A DNA stretch of 64,000 nt from assembly GCA_041577295.1 (NCBI GenBank), contig JBFGJG010000001.1, positions 160,001 to 224,000 of the forward strand, given 5' to 3'. How positions within the stretch are numbered: position 1 is the first letter of the stretch; every line of letters begins with the position of its first letter. This DNA is from Gemmatimonadales bacterium. GTDB lineage: Bacteria; Gemmatimonadota; Gemmatimonadetes; Gemmatimonadales; GWC2-71-9. The notes beneath the pieces were generated by a model. It was not told where the DNA came from, made no database searches, and saw nothing but the letters and a program-made list of their open reading frames with translations. Shown here one piece after another: positions 1-9,698 of this stretch. Both the position numbers and the translations under genes were made by a program.

Positions 1-738
1 TCGCTGCGCTTCGATGATGGGATACCCCGGATCTTCCATCCCAGGAAGCGACTGCCATCCCACGAGACAGTTGCCACCGGTGCACTGCGCCCCACATTCG
101 ATGATGTGTCCGGCAACCGTTCCGGCGGCAAGGCGATCCCACTGGTTCCGTCGCCAACCAAAGGCATGGATCATCGGGCCCAACGTGAGTCCCGTATCCG
201 TCACGCGCCCCGTGATGACCACGTTAGCGTCCCGCTCTAGCGCCTCCACCACAGGCCAGGCACCAAGGTAGGCGTTGGCCGACTCTACCTTATCACGCAC
301 GGTGGAGAGGGGCTCACCGGTGTCGAGGTTGTTCAGTGCGTGCCCGCTGGCGAGCAGCTCATCGAGCCGATCCAGCATGTCATCGCCCTCGACGATGCCG
401 ATCTTCACTTTGCCGTGCAATCCAAGGTTTCGCGCCTGTTCCGCAACGGCTGCGGCACACGCCTGCGGATTGACCCCCCCTGCGTTCGCCGTGACGCGGA
501 TACCGCGCTCGACCAGGGCGGGAAGCAGCTTCCGCATGAGCGGCACGAAGTCTTTGGCGTAGCCGAGATTGGGATCGCGCCGTCGCTGCTTCTGCATGAT
601 GGACATGGTCACCTCGGCCAGGTAATCCATCATGAGATAATCGATCGGACCGCCCTCGACCTGCCGCAAAGGTGCCTCGAGCCAGTCACCCCAGAACCCC
701 TGGCCTGACGCGATACGGACCAACGTACCGTCAGTCAT
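1..738 (-). CDS. Acyclic terpene utilization AtuA/DUF1446 family protein (3' end runs off the window)
   Basis: Not in the ORF track; translated by hand. ATG at 738 with GGAG upstream. N-terminus [21 protein letters not shown], then [10 protein letters not shown] and [15 protein letters not shown], typical of AtuA-like proteins. Confidence 0.85.
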   Translation of the reverse strand, partial: MTDGTLVRIASGQGFWGDWLEAPLRQVEGGPIDYLMMDYLAEVTMSIMQKQRRRDPNLGYAKDFVPLMRKLLPALVERGIRVTANAGGVNPQACAAAVAEQARNLGLHGKVKIGIVEGDDMLDRLDELLASGHALNNLDTGEPLSTVRDKVESANAYLGAWPVVEALERDANVVITGRVTDTGLTLGPMIHAFGWRRNQWDRLAAGTVAGHIIECGAQCTGGNCLVGWQSLPGMEDPGYPIIEAQR

Positions 739-768
739 CAATCTCCAGGCGGTGCGGCAGCGGGCTCG

Positions 769-3645
769 TCAGGGTGTCTCGAGCGCTGGTTCGGGCAGCT
801 TCGAGGCGCCCCGGCGTACCGAGGACCCGCCATTCGAAAGGGTCGCACGGACCTCGATTAGTGGATCAAAGCCCTCGGGGATTGGCACGGGCGCTGCTTC
901 TGACGGGATGGCCACGGCCCGCGCTTCGTAGGGGGACAGCTCCACCACGGATTCCGCCATCGTGGAGTCCTGATGGAGCGCTCTCTGCGTGGCGAGTTCG
1001 AAGATGATGCGAATCTCGGCGTCCCAAGTTTCGGGAGCCTCGAGGTGTGCGAAGCCCGGAAGCAACTCCAGGTCGATCCATCCACCTACTCTCGACGAGT
1101 CGAGTTCCACGCGGTGGCGACCGAAGGCGTAGTTGAGCGGAGAATCGCTCACCTTGCGACCCGTCGAATCGAACACCGTGACCCCAAAGTCCGTCAGCTG
1201 ATGCCAGAGTGGCGGCGGAACAGCCACATCCACCACCAATCGGCTCGCCCACCTGGGCGGCGCCAACCGGACGACGACCGGCCCGGATCTCTTGCCTGTG
1301 ACCCGTTTCGTTTGCACGGCGCCAACGAGGTCAGCTTCGACGCGCATTGCCCGCGAGGACGCGGTGGGATTTTGCACCACGACGCGTGGCCCCGAGTCGA
1401 TCGTGGCGATGACGACCTCCGGCAGGCGCGCCGTGAGCGAATACCGCACACCCCCGGTAGGGGGAGCAACCACCACCGCCTCGTACACACCGGACACGAG
1501 ATCGTCGGTCGACACGCGCAGGGTCACTATATGGCTACCCTCGTCCCCTGCGGTGATGCTGCTCTGATCGCGGAACGGCTGGCCCGATGGCTCGTACAGG
1601 TACAGGGTGGCTTCCCCGGTGCCACGGATTTCCAGCGTGACCTCGAAGCCCCCTCGCTCGGACGGAACGGACAGAAAGAATCGGGACAGCTCGCCAGGTG
1701 CCAAGCTGCCCGAGGTTTCGAATCCTTCTTCGATGGCATGAGGAACCACGACGCTATTCACGAGCGCCAGCGACGGACCAGCGATCGTATCCGTTGCCGG
1801 GGAGGCCCAGACGGTTCCGACATAGAGACCCGGATCCTGGAGCCGCAACGCGTCGTAGCGAACCGTGACGGTCTCCGGCCGTCCTTCGAGATCGATACTC
1901 GAAGGCACCCGGAGCCATGGCGCGTCAGGCTCGAGGAGAAGGCGGGCAGCGGGTTGCCCTCCGACGGAGCGGATCACGAAGCGCTGCAGCGTGTCCGCGC
2001 TCGACCGAAGACCCGTTCGGCGAAATGCTGCGGGTCGCTCGTCGGTATCCTCACCCAAAGCACGAACCTCGTAGATGCCCGTCTGATGCGCCGCGAGGAG
2101 CCAGCGATAGGCGCGCAGGACGTCTACTACGCCTGCGCCGGCGTCGAGGACCGTAGCACCCGAGATCGGCTTGGCCGTTGCCATCATGGCGCGCTTGAGA
2201 TCCACCGCTCGGATCGTGCGTCCCTGCTGCTTCATCGCGGACAACAGGAGCGCTCCGACTCCACTCACGTGGGGCGCCGCCATGCTCGTCCCACCCGAAA
2301 CCTCCTCGCCCACCCGCCACTGTGGGACGCTGGAAAAAGCGACCCCGGGCGCACACACGTCGGGCTTGGCCACCTCTCCTCCTCGACCGCTCCACCACCC
2401 GAGGATATCGGGCGCGGGGGCGACACCGCTCTGTGGCGGCCGCGCGAACACCCCGGGGAAGAGCGCACAGACCGATAGCGCGCGCTCCGCCGAGCCGGGA
2501 AACCCTACCGTCGACAGCCCGGGACCGTCGTTTCCGGCGCTGATAACGACGAGGACATCCGGATGCTTCAGGGCGAACTCGTCGATCACCGAGTCAATCG
2601 CTGCAGCTCCCTCTTGCTCATTGCCAACGCCAAAGCTGAGGTTGATTACGAGCGGCAGTCCTCGCTGTTCAGCAAACACCGCCGCGTAGTTCAGCGCGCG
2701 GAGCATGCTGCCCGTCATCGAAATACCGCCTCTCGTGTTATTGGAAATCTTGAGACCCAGCAGCCACGCCCCGGGGGCAACACCATCGAACCCCTGCACC
2801 CCGAAGAGATTGTGGCCCGCGGCGATACCCGCGACATGCGTACCGTGGCTGGAGTTGTCGAGAAACAGGTCGAGGAGCGGCTGTCCCCCGTACTCAACGA
2901 GGTTCGCCGCGACGGTGATGGGGCCCTTCATTCTGGGATCACTGCGGAACGTGAGCACTTCGCCTGCCACTGCGAAGTCGCGGACATGCGGCTCTCCGGC
3001 GAGCGAGCCGTCACCATCTGTATCGGCGAAGAGCACCCAGCCCGCGGTCGACCTGGCCACGAGGAGCGGAAGCTCATCGGTCACGCGCCCGTTGCCGTTG
3101 ATGTCCCCCTCAGGCGCGGTACCGAGCGTGATCTCTCGGAAGACGCCGCCGTAAAAGGGTGGGGTCGCAACACGGGCAACGCGTCCGAAGCCTTGGAGGC
3201 GGTGGCGTCCGATCGTGATGGTGCCATCGGAAGCGGGTCGCACCAGTGTCAAGGGAACACGTCCCTCTCCCGAGAAATCGCGCAGGTCGAGGATCTTGCG
3301 GTCACCGGTGGTGGTCTCGCCAAGGCCGAGGACGCCCGCATCGATGCCGCTATCCAGAATGGCAATGACGACTCCACGGCCGTCGTAATTCGGTCGTGCC
3401 ACTCGAAACGTGTCTGCCCCGCTGCTCCGTAGCGGCATCAGACCGGCCAGCATGGCCAGCTGTGGAGGCAGCACCGGTTCGCGCGGAGGTGGTGGCGTGA
3501 TGGCGCGAGGCTCCTCGGGCGGGGCGTCGGCAAGCGTTGCGTCCGCGCGGCTCGGCTCCGGCGTGGGAGTGGGCGCGGGACCGCTGGCGCATGCCGCAGA
3601 CACAGACACAAACGTCACGAGCAGCCAAGCGCGGGTTCCGATCAT
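769..3645 (-). CDS. S8 subtilisin-family serine peptidase, tripeptidyl-peptidase II-like, probable lipoprotein
   Basis: Catalytic motifs YDGRGVVIAILDSG, HGTHVAG and GTSMAAPHV; oxyanion SAGNDG; long insertion between Asp and His as in TPPII; hydrophobic N-terminus ending SAAC, then a Pro-rich linker. Confidence 0.88.
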   Translation of the reverse strand: MIGTRAWLLVTFVSVSAACASGPAPTPTPEPSRADATLADAPPEEPRAITPPPPREPVLPPQLAMLAGLMPLRSSGADTFRVARPNYDGRGVVIAILDSGIDAGVLGLGETTTGDRKILDLRDFSGEGRVPLTLVRPASDGTITIGRHRLQGFGRVARVATPPFYGGVFREITLGTAPEGDINGNGRVTDELPLLVARSTAGWVLFADTDGDGSLAGEPHVRDFAVAGEVLTFRSDPRMKGPITVAANLVEYGGQPLLDLFLDNSSHGTHVAGIAAGHNLFGVQGFDGVAPGAWLLGLKISNNTRGGISMTGSMLRALNYAAVFAEQRGLPLVINLSFGVGNEQEGAAAIDSVIDEFALKHPDVLVVISAGNDGPGLSTVGFPGSAERALSVCALFPGVFARPPQSGVAPAPDILGWWSGRGGEVAKPDVCAPGVAFSSVPQWRVGEEVSGGTSMAAPHVSGVGALLLSAMKQQGRTIRAVDLKRAMMATAKPISGATVLDAGAGVVDVLRAYRWLLAAHQTGIYEVRALGEDTDERPAAFRRTGLRSSADTLQRFVIRSVGGQPAARLLLEPDAPWLRVPSSIDLEGRPETVTVRYDALRLQDPGLYVGTVWASPATDTIAGPSLALVNSVVVPHAIEEGFETSGSLAPGELSRFFLSVPSERGGFEVTLEIRGTGEATLYLYEPSGQPFRDQSSITAGDEGSHIVTLRVSTDDLVSGVYEAVVVAPPTGGVRYSLTARLPEVVIATIDSGPRVVVQNPTASSRAMRVEADLVGAVQTKRVTGKRSGPVVVRLAPPRWASRLVVDVAVPPPLWHQLTDFGVTVFDSTGRKVSDSPLNYAFGRHRVELDSSRVGGWIDLELLPGFAHLEAPETWDAEIRIIFELATQRALHQDSTMAESVVELSPYEARAVAIPSEAAPVPIPEGFDPLIEVRATLSNGGSSVRRGASKLPEPALETP

Positions 3646-5264
3646 GTGGAGGGCACCTCACGGGTGGGAAGCACGAATGGGCCGATATGGGGACCGCGGT
3701 AGTGTTGCACGACTTCGAGCGCAAACGTGAGCAACACCCGTGTGTCCTCTGGTGGCACGATGGCATCGACGAATCCGCGGGCGCCCGCGAACTTGGCGTC
3801 GAGCTGGTGCTCGTAATCCTCTCGCATTTTTTCGACAGCTTCCGCCGTCGCCTCGTCCTCCGCCCGATCACCGAACACGGCGCGCACCGCCGAGTCACCT
3901 TCCATCACCCCCATCCTCCCTGTGGGCCACGAGAGAATGAAGTCGGGATCGAATCCCTGTCCCGCCATGGCGTAATAGCCGGCGCCCGATGCGTGATTGA
4001 CCGTCAGCACTAGCTTCGGGACGACGGCGGTGGCCATCGCCTCGACGAACTGTGCCCCCGCCCTGATGATGCCCGAGTGTTCCGCTTCCGGACCAACCAT
4101 GAACCCGCTGACGTCCTGAATGAACAGCAGGGGAATCCCCTCGCGGTTGGCCGTGTCGATGAAGTACGCGACCTTCTCAGCACTTTCCGTGTACACGATG
4201 CCGCCGATTCGCGGTCGGGTTCCCACGGCGCCTTTGATCAACCCCCGTTGGTTCGCGATGATCGCTACGGAATGTCCCTCGATCAACGCATGGCCGCACA
4301 GCATTTCACGCGCCACATCAGGCTGAAACTCGTCGAGCTTTCCACCATCGATGATACACGCCAGGACGTCTTGCATGTCGTACGCCATTCGGTGGTCCGG
4401 CGGCAGGAGATCGTACAACTCCGCAGGCAACCGTACAGGTTGCGTGCTTGCGCTGCGCCCTGCCCTGACATTCGGGACCCGACCGGCTGGGAGGCGGGCG
4501 ACGTAGTCTCGAATCAGGGTGAGGCACGCCTCATCGTCGGCGGCACGATAATGCGCGACGCGGCTCGTCGTGGTGTGTGTGAGTGCGCCACCAAGCGTTT
4601 CCGCGTCCACCCGTTGTCCGGTCGCACCCTGCACCAGGTTGGGCCCCCCCAATCCCATGAAGGAAGTTCCCTCCACCATGAAAATCACGTCAGACAGCGC
4701 AGGCAAATACGCCCCTCCAGCGACACAGGGACCCATGACGGCACTGACCTGCGGCACGTGGAGGTAGTGGCGCATGATGGAGTTGTAGTAGAAGATGCGC
4801 GCCGCCCCATACTGTCCTGGGAAGACCCCTCCCTGATATGGGAGGTTCACACCGGCGGAATCCACCAGATAGACAATCGGGATCCGCTGACGCATCGCGA
4901 TCTCTTGCGCCCGGAGGATCTTCTTGATCGTTTCGGGCCACCACGACCCGGCTTTGACAGTCGCATCGTTGGCCACGACCACGCAGTGATGCTCCGCGAT
5001 GATGCCCACCCCCGTGATGACTCCCGCGCCCGGTGCCTGGCCCTCGTACTGATCGTGCGCGACGAGCAAGCCGACCTCGAGCCAGGGGGTATCCCGGTCG
5101 AGGAGGCGCCGGACCCGCTCACGGGCGGTGAGCTTTCCCTGCTCGTGCTGGCGCTGGATTTTGGCCTCGCCACCACCCAGCTCCAAGCGAGCCGCCAGCT
5201 CACGATATTCCTCGGTCAACTCTCGCAGGCGGTTGCGAGAGCCGGTGGCCGTTCCGCCACTCAC
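3642..5264 (-). CDS. Acyl-CoA carboxylase carboxyltransferase (beta) subunit, MccB/PccB family
   Basis: [30 protein letters not shown] and GAGYYAM motifs. Start placed at the GTG overlapping the upstream stop (GTGA 5261-5264). Confidence 0.9.
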   Translation of the reverse strand: MSGGTATGSRNRLRELTEEYRELAARLELGGGEAKIQRQHEQGKLTARERVRRLLDRDTPWLEVGLLVAHDQYEGQAPGAGVITGVGIIAEHHCVVVANDATVKAGSWWPETIKKILRAQEIAMRQRIPIVYLVDSAGVNLPYQGGVFPGQYGAARIFYYNSIMRHYLHVPQVSAVMGPCVAGGAYLPALSDVIFMVEGTSFMGLGGPNLVQGATGQRVDAETLGGALTHTTTSRVAHYRAADDEACLTLIRDYVARLPAGRVPNVRAGRSASTQPVRLPAELYDLLPPDHRMAYDMQDVLACIIDGGKLDEFQPDVAREMLCGHALIEGHSVAIIANQRGLIKGAVGTRPRIGGIVYTESAEKVAYFIDTANREGIPLLFIQDVSGFMVGPEAEHSGIIRAGAQFVEAMATAVVPKLVLTVNHASGAGYYAMAGQGFDPDFILSWPTGRMGVMEGDSAVRAVFGDRAEDEATAEAVEKMREDYEHQLDAKFAGARGFVDAIVPPEDTRVLLTFALEVVQHYRGPHIGPFVLPTREVPST

Positions 5265-5701
5265 TCGACGCGACCCGCGGCCCACGTTCGGATGTATTCG
5301 ATGATCTCGGTGGTGGGTGTGCCTGGGGTGAAGATCTTCGCGACGCCCTGCTCCCCGAGCCGGTCGATATCGTCCTGTGGGATGATGCCGCCGCCGATGA
5401 GCAACACGTCACCGCGCCCGGCATCTGTCAGGAGGTCACGCACTCGTGGAAAGAGGGTCATGTGCGCACCCGAGAGAATCGACAGGCCCACGACGTCGAC
5501 ATCCTCCTGAACCGCGGCCGTGGCGATCATTTCCGGGGTCTGATGCAGTCCCGTGTAGATGACCTCCATCCCCGCGTCCCGCAGTGCGGCCGCGACGACT
5601 TTGGCGCCGCGATCATGGCCGTCGAGCCCGGGTTTGCCCACGAGAACGCGGATCGGTCGCACGGCCGATTGGCTGGCCTTCCGTTTCACCGCTGGATTCA
5701 T
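5261..5701 (-). CDS. Cobalamin-binding small subunit of acyl-CoA mutase (IcmB/McmB-like)
   Basis: [10 protein letters not shown] (DxHxxG B12 motif), [16 protein letters not shown]. Confidence 0.93.
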   Translation of the reverse strand: MNPAVKRKASQSAVRPIRVLVGKPGLDGHDRGAKVVAAALRDAGMEVIYTGLHQTPEMIATAAVQEDVDVVGLSILSGAHMTLFPRVRDLLTDAGRGDVLLIGGGIIPQDDIDRLGEQGVAKIFTPGTPTTEIIEYIRTWAAGRVE

Positions 5702-5710
5702 TGTGCGCGC

Positions 5711-5739
5711 AACGTACCGTGGGGCGGAGTGGCGAACAA
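5711..5739 (-). promoter_or_regulatory. Putative sigma70 promoter for the B12-binding subunit and downstream genes
   Basis: TTGTTC-N17-TACGTT on the minus strand, 9 nt before ATG 5701. Confidence 0.4.
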
Positions 5740-5759
5740 GCGGCTGCCATCCATGGGGG

Positions 5760-6959
5760 CTAGCGCGCTCTGAATCGCAGCAGTGCCGCGAGCCCGTCTA
5801 CGTCCGATCGGCCCGTTTCGTCTTCGACCACCTCGACGTGCCCCCCCAATCGCAGAGTGTCTTCGATGGCGTCGTCGATCACATCGGGGACCGCGTCGGG
5901 CGCACCCTCGCCATCGCACGCGTCCCGCACGCTCGTGAGCCGTCCAGACGTCGAACAGCGGAACCCGGAACGCTCGGCAGTGGGATCGACGAGCAGCGTA
6001 CGCACCTGTCCGTGCGACAGGGCGCGCAGGCTCGCTTCCACCCCGCTCACGGCCCACCCCCGACCGCGCGCTTCCCGCAGCTCCTCGATATACTTCGCCT
6101 CCCATTCTCGCTCCATGGTGCGACGCACGGCCAGGACAGACTCCATCACCTCTGCGGGGGAGGCGCTCTTGGGATTGAGGCGCGTCGCTCCCAAAACCTG
6201 GCGGGCGAGGTACGGGTGCAGGTGCGGACGGACGGCATCCGCGTCCGCCCCGGTCCCGGCGAGGACAATGCCGCGAACAGAGTTTCCGCGCGCCAAATCG
6301 AACAATCGTTGTGCGATCTGTGCGTAGTGACGATGCTTCTCCTCTTGGATTCGCTGATTGAAGTTGTGTTCCCCCGCGCCCGCCAACCCGGCGCCGGCGG
6401 AGTGTGCCGTGCGACCTCCGTGGAACCGCCCGGCGCGCGTCGTGTCACCTGCGGGCAGCCCCGTCAGCTCCTCAGCACCAAAGGCGGACACCTTGAAGAA
6501 CCTCGCGCTGGTGCGATCGTACACCGTGCAGAGAACCATGCCGAACTCGTCGTCGAGCGCTGCGAGCTCGCGGACGAGCGGTGTCCGATCTACCGCGAGC
6601 CGCGAACGCAAGACCCGAGGAAGCGGTAGGGCCGCGAACAGCTCCAACGGCTCCGCAGCGAACACCGCAATGCCCCGTCCGGGCGGCAGGTTCCCCGGAT
6701 GCTCCAGGTACTCGCGGACTCGGCGGAGGTCCCGCTCGACCGTCTCCCGAACCGCTCGGTCCACTCCGCGCTCGTCGAGCCACTCGAGCCGTTCCCGGAC
6801 GCGGTTCTTCAGCTTGATCAAGTATTTGCCACGGCTCCGGTCGCGCGGCTCGAGCTTGAGATAGCACGATACGAACCACTGCGCGTGCTCTGCTCCGAGT
6901 CGGGTCAGCCACTCAACAACAGGCCCTACAGACGTGGTCGCGGCGTCCATCCCGTCCAT
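5760..6959 (-). CDS. Bacterial aeRF1/Pelota-superfamily protein (baeRF1 / Balon-like), no GGQ motif
   Basis: aeRF1-like layout: VSCYL...IKLKN N-domain, [19 protein letters not shown]...LHPYL middle domain, [20 protein letters not shown] and GLAALLRF C-terminus. GGGGAGG 11 nt upstream of ATG 6959. Confidence 0.8.
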   Translation of the reverse strand: MDGMDAATTSVGPVVEWLTRLGAEHAQWFVSCYLKLEPRDRSRGKYLIKLKNRVRERLEWLDERGVDRAVRETVERDLRRVREYLEHPGNLPPGRGIAVFAAEPLELFAALPLPRVLRSRLAVDRTPLVRELAALDDEFGMVLCTVYDRTSARFFKVSAFGAEELTGLPAGDTTRAGRFHGGRTAHSAGAGLAGAGEHNFNQRIQEEKHRHYAQIAQRLFDLARGNSVRGIVLAGTGADADAVRPHLHPYLARQVLGATRLNPKSASPAEVMESVLAVRRTMEREWEAKYIEELREARGRGWAVSGVEASLRALSHGQVRTLLVDPTAERSGFRCSTSGRLTSVRDACDGEGAPDAVPDVIDDAIEDTLRLGGHVEVVEDETGRSDVDGLAALLRFRAR

Positions 6960-6993
6960 TCGCAGATTTACCTCCCCGTCCGCGACGAAGACA

Positions 6994-8637
6994 CTAGAAG
7001 AAGACCGGCTCGCGGTAGGCACCATAAACCTCCTCCAAGGCATGCCGGATTTCGAATAGCGTACAATACGTGCGTGCACAGTCGAGCATCGCAGGAATGA
7101 CGTTTTCATCCCGTTCCGCCGCCGTCCGCAGCGCCCGAAGACCCTGTTCGACCTCTCGGGCGTCACGCCGCGCGCGCAGCTGTGTCAAACGGCGGCGTTG
7201 GACCTCGGCCGGCTCGTCACTCACACGCAACACCTCGAGCGCGTCATCGTCCTCTTCCACGAACTCGTTGACACCGACCACCACGCGCCGCTCTTCCTCC
7301 AGCTCGCGCTGGAAGCGTACGGAACTCTGATGAATTTGACGCTGGAACCACCCAGTCTCGATGCCGCGCACCACGCCACCAATGGCAGAGACTTCCGAGA
7401 AGATCGCCTCTGCCTCACGCTCCATGCGGTCCGTCATGGCCTCTACGAAGTAGGAGCCACCGAGCGGGTCGATGACGTTGGCGACGCCGGTCTCGTACGC
7501 GAGGATTTGTTGAGTACGTAACGCCAGCTTGACACTTTCTTCGGTCGGGAGAGCGTACGTTTCGTCGAGCGAGTTCGTGTGCAGTGACTGGGCACCGCCC
7601 AACGCGGCCGCCATCGCCTGATATGCGACTCTGACGACGTTATTCATCGGCTGTTGCGCCGTGAGCGAGACGCCGGCCGTCTGACAGTGAAAACGCATTG
7701 TCCACGACCGCGGGCTCTGTGCGCCGTACTTGTCTCGCATATGACGCGCCCAGATGCGCCGGGCCGCACGCATCTTGGCAATCTCTTCGAAGAAATCGTT
7801 GTGGACGTCCCAGAAGAAGGAGAGCCGCGGTGCGAAATCGTCGACGTTCAGCCCGCGGGCCATGCCTCGCTCGACATACTCGAAACCGTTTGCCAGGGTG
7901 AACGCGAGCTCCTGCACCGCCGTCGCACCCGCCTCCCGAATGTGGTAGCCGCTGATCGAAATGGTGTTCCACTTGGGCGTGTTGGTCGACGCCCACTCGA
8001 ACATGTCGACGATGATCTTGAGCGCGGGCTCCACGGGATACACCCAGGCGTGTTGCGCCATGTATTCCTTGAGGATGTCGTTCTGCACCGTGCCACGCAG
8101 CTGCCCGATATCTACGCCCTGCCGCTCCGCCGCCGCGACGTAAAAGCAGAACAGCATCGCCGCGGGTCCGTTGATCGTCATGGAGGTCGAGACCGCGTTC
8201 AGCGGGATGCCGTCAAACAACGTCTCCATATCCGCCAACGATGAGATGGCCACCCCGCACTTCCCCACTTCCCCTTCGGCGCGCGCGTGGTCGGAGTCGT
8301 ACCCCATGAGCGTCGGAAAGTCGAAGGCAACGGACAACCCCGTTTGACCGTGCTCGAGGAGGTACTTGTACCGCTTGTTGGTATCTTCGGCGGTCCCGAA
8401 CCCGGCAAACTGCCGCATCGTCCACAACCTGCCGCGGTACATGGTGGGGTGGACCCCGCGAGTGTACGGGAACTCCCCGGGATAGCCTAGGCTCGTCTCC
8501 TCATCGAAGTCCTGCAGGTCTTGGGACGTGTAGACCGGTTTGACTGCCGCGGAGCTCTGGGTGACAAACGCGATGTCGCGCTTCTCCGCTTCCTCGTATC
8601 GCTTCTTCCAACGATCGTAGGAGTCCTTAGTCGCCAT
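6994..8637 (-). CDS. Acyl-CoA mutase large (substrate-binding) subunit; residues suggest isobutyryl-CoA mutase IcmA
   Basis: YPGEFPYTRG, WTMRQFAGFG, GLSVAFD, GTVQNDILKEYMAQ, SISGYHIREAG, QSLHTN. Start at MATKDS (8637). Confidence 0.92.
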   Translation of the reverse strand: MATKDSYDRWKKRYEEAEKRDIAFVTQSSAAVKPVYTSQDLQDFDEETSLGYPGEFPYTRGVHPTMYRGRLWTMRQFAGFGTAEDTNKRYKYLLEHGQTGLSVAFDFPTLMGYDSDHARAEGEVGKCGVAISSLADMETLFDGIPLNAVSTSMTINGPAAMLFCFYVAAAERQGVDIGQLRGTVQNDILKEYMAQHAWVYPVEPALKIIVDMFEWASTNTPKWNTISISGYHIREAGATAVQELAFTLANGFEYVERGMARGLNVDDFAPRLSFFWDVHNDFFEEIAKMRAARRIWARHMRDKYGAQSPRSWTMRFHCQTAGVSLTAQQPMNNVVRVAYQAMAAALGGAQSLHTNSLDETYALPTEESVKLALRTQQILAYETGVANVIDPLGGSYFVEAMTDRMEREAEAIFSEVSAIGGVVRGIETGWFQRQIHQSSVRFQRELEEERRVVVGVNEFVEEDDDALEVLRVSDEPAEVQRRRLTQLRARRDAREVEQGLRALRTAAERDENVIPAMLDCARTYCTLFEIRHALEEVYGAYREPVFF

Positions 8638-9676
8638 GCGTCGTCTCCTGATCCAACCGCGCAATGAGGTCGTGCGCGAGTTTGTATGGACTGATCTCAC
8701 CACTCGCCACCCTGTCAAAGCCCGCCGCCAACACGGCCTCTCCCCCCCGTATCTCCCACAACCAACGGCTTACAGCTCGCTCGATCACCTCGCGCGTATG
8801 CTGCTCCAGGCGCGCCCGCCGCCGGGCGGCGAGAGCCCCGGACTGTTCCAGATGTGCCTGATGTCGATCGAGTGCGTCTATCAGCTCGGCGATTCCCTCG
8901 TCCTTCGTCGCGACGGTCTGCAGCACAGGAGGAACCCACTCGGCCGGTGGCGTTGCCATCGCGACGCGTACGTCGCCATCCCCGTGATGACCCGACGTTG
9001 CCTTATACGCGATGCCCTGACGGAGACCCAACATCACCTCCACCTCTTGCGCTACGCGACCCGCACCGGCCCGATCCGCCTTGTTCACAACGTAGAGGTC
9101 GGCGATCTCCATCACCCCGGCCTTGAGGACCTGGACCCCGTCGCCGGACTCTGGAACGAGCACGAGCAGGGCAGTGTCGGCGCTCGCCGCGATGGCCAGC
9201 TCCGACTGGCCGACGCCAACCGTCTCAATGAGAATCCGGTCGAAACCAAACGCATCGAGCACATCGCAGACTTCCCGGGTTGTGGTGGCCAGGCCACCCA
9301 CACCACCGCGCGTGGCCATCGATCGAATGTAGACGCCCGGGTCGAGCGTGACCGACTCCATGCGGATCCGGTCGCCGAGCAAGGCACCACCGCTGAAGGG
9401 ACTGGTCGGGTCGACCGCCACCACCCCAACGGTGACACCGCGCTCGCGGTACCCGTGGACCAAACGCTCCACCAACGTCGATTTCCCGGCGCCCGGCGGC
9501 CCGGTTACCCCGATCCGCCTCGCCTTGCCCACGGCGGGGTGAATCTCCGACAGAAGACGCTCGTACCCCTCGCGACCGTTCTCCACGAGCGAAATCGCGC
9601 GCGCCAAGGCCGGGACTCGGCGCTCACGAATCCCCTCGATCAGGGCCAGCTCGGACATTTCGGAAGTTCGTGTCAT
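8627..9676 (-). CDS. meaB: MeaB/ArgK-family GTPase chaperone of cobalamin mutases
   Basis: GVTGPPGAGKST, VDPTSPFSGGALLGDRIRM, ETVGVGQSE, NKAD. Confidence 0.93.
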   Translation of the reverse strand: MTRTSEMSELALIEGIRERRVPALARAISLVENGREGYERLLSEIHPAVGKARRIGVTGPPGAGKSTLVERLVHGYRERGVTVGVVAVDPTSPFSGGALLGDRIRMESVTLDPGVYIRSMATRGGVGGLATTTREVCDVLDAFGFDRILIETVGVGQSELAIAASADTALLVLVPESGDGVQVLKAGVMEIADLYVVNKADRAGAGRVAQEVEVMLGLRQGIAYKATSGHHGDGDVRVAMATPPAEWVPPVLQTVATKDEGIAELIDALDRHQAHLEQSGALAARRRARLEQHTREVIERAVSRWLWEIRGGEAVLAAGFDRVASGEISPYKLAHDLIARLDQETTHGD

Positions 9677-9698
9677 TTCCGCGATCCCCGCAACCCAA

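Noticed and set aside
973..2478. Long antisense and alternate-frame ORFs (e.g. 973-2478, 4077-5510, 8636-9706, 24272-25345)
   Set aside because: They shadow well-supported genes, lack recognisable motifs, and are expected in high-GC DNA.
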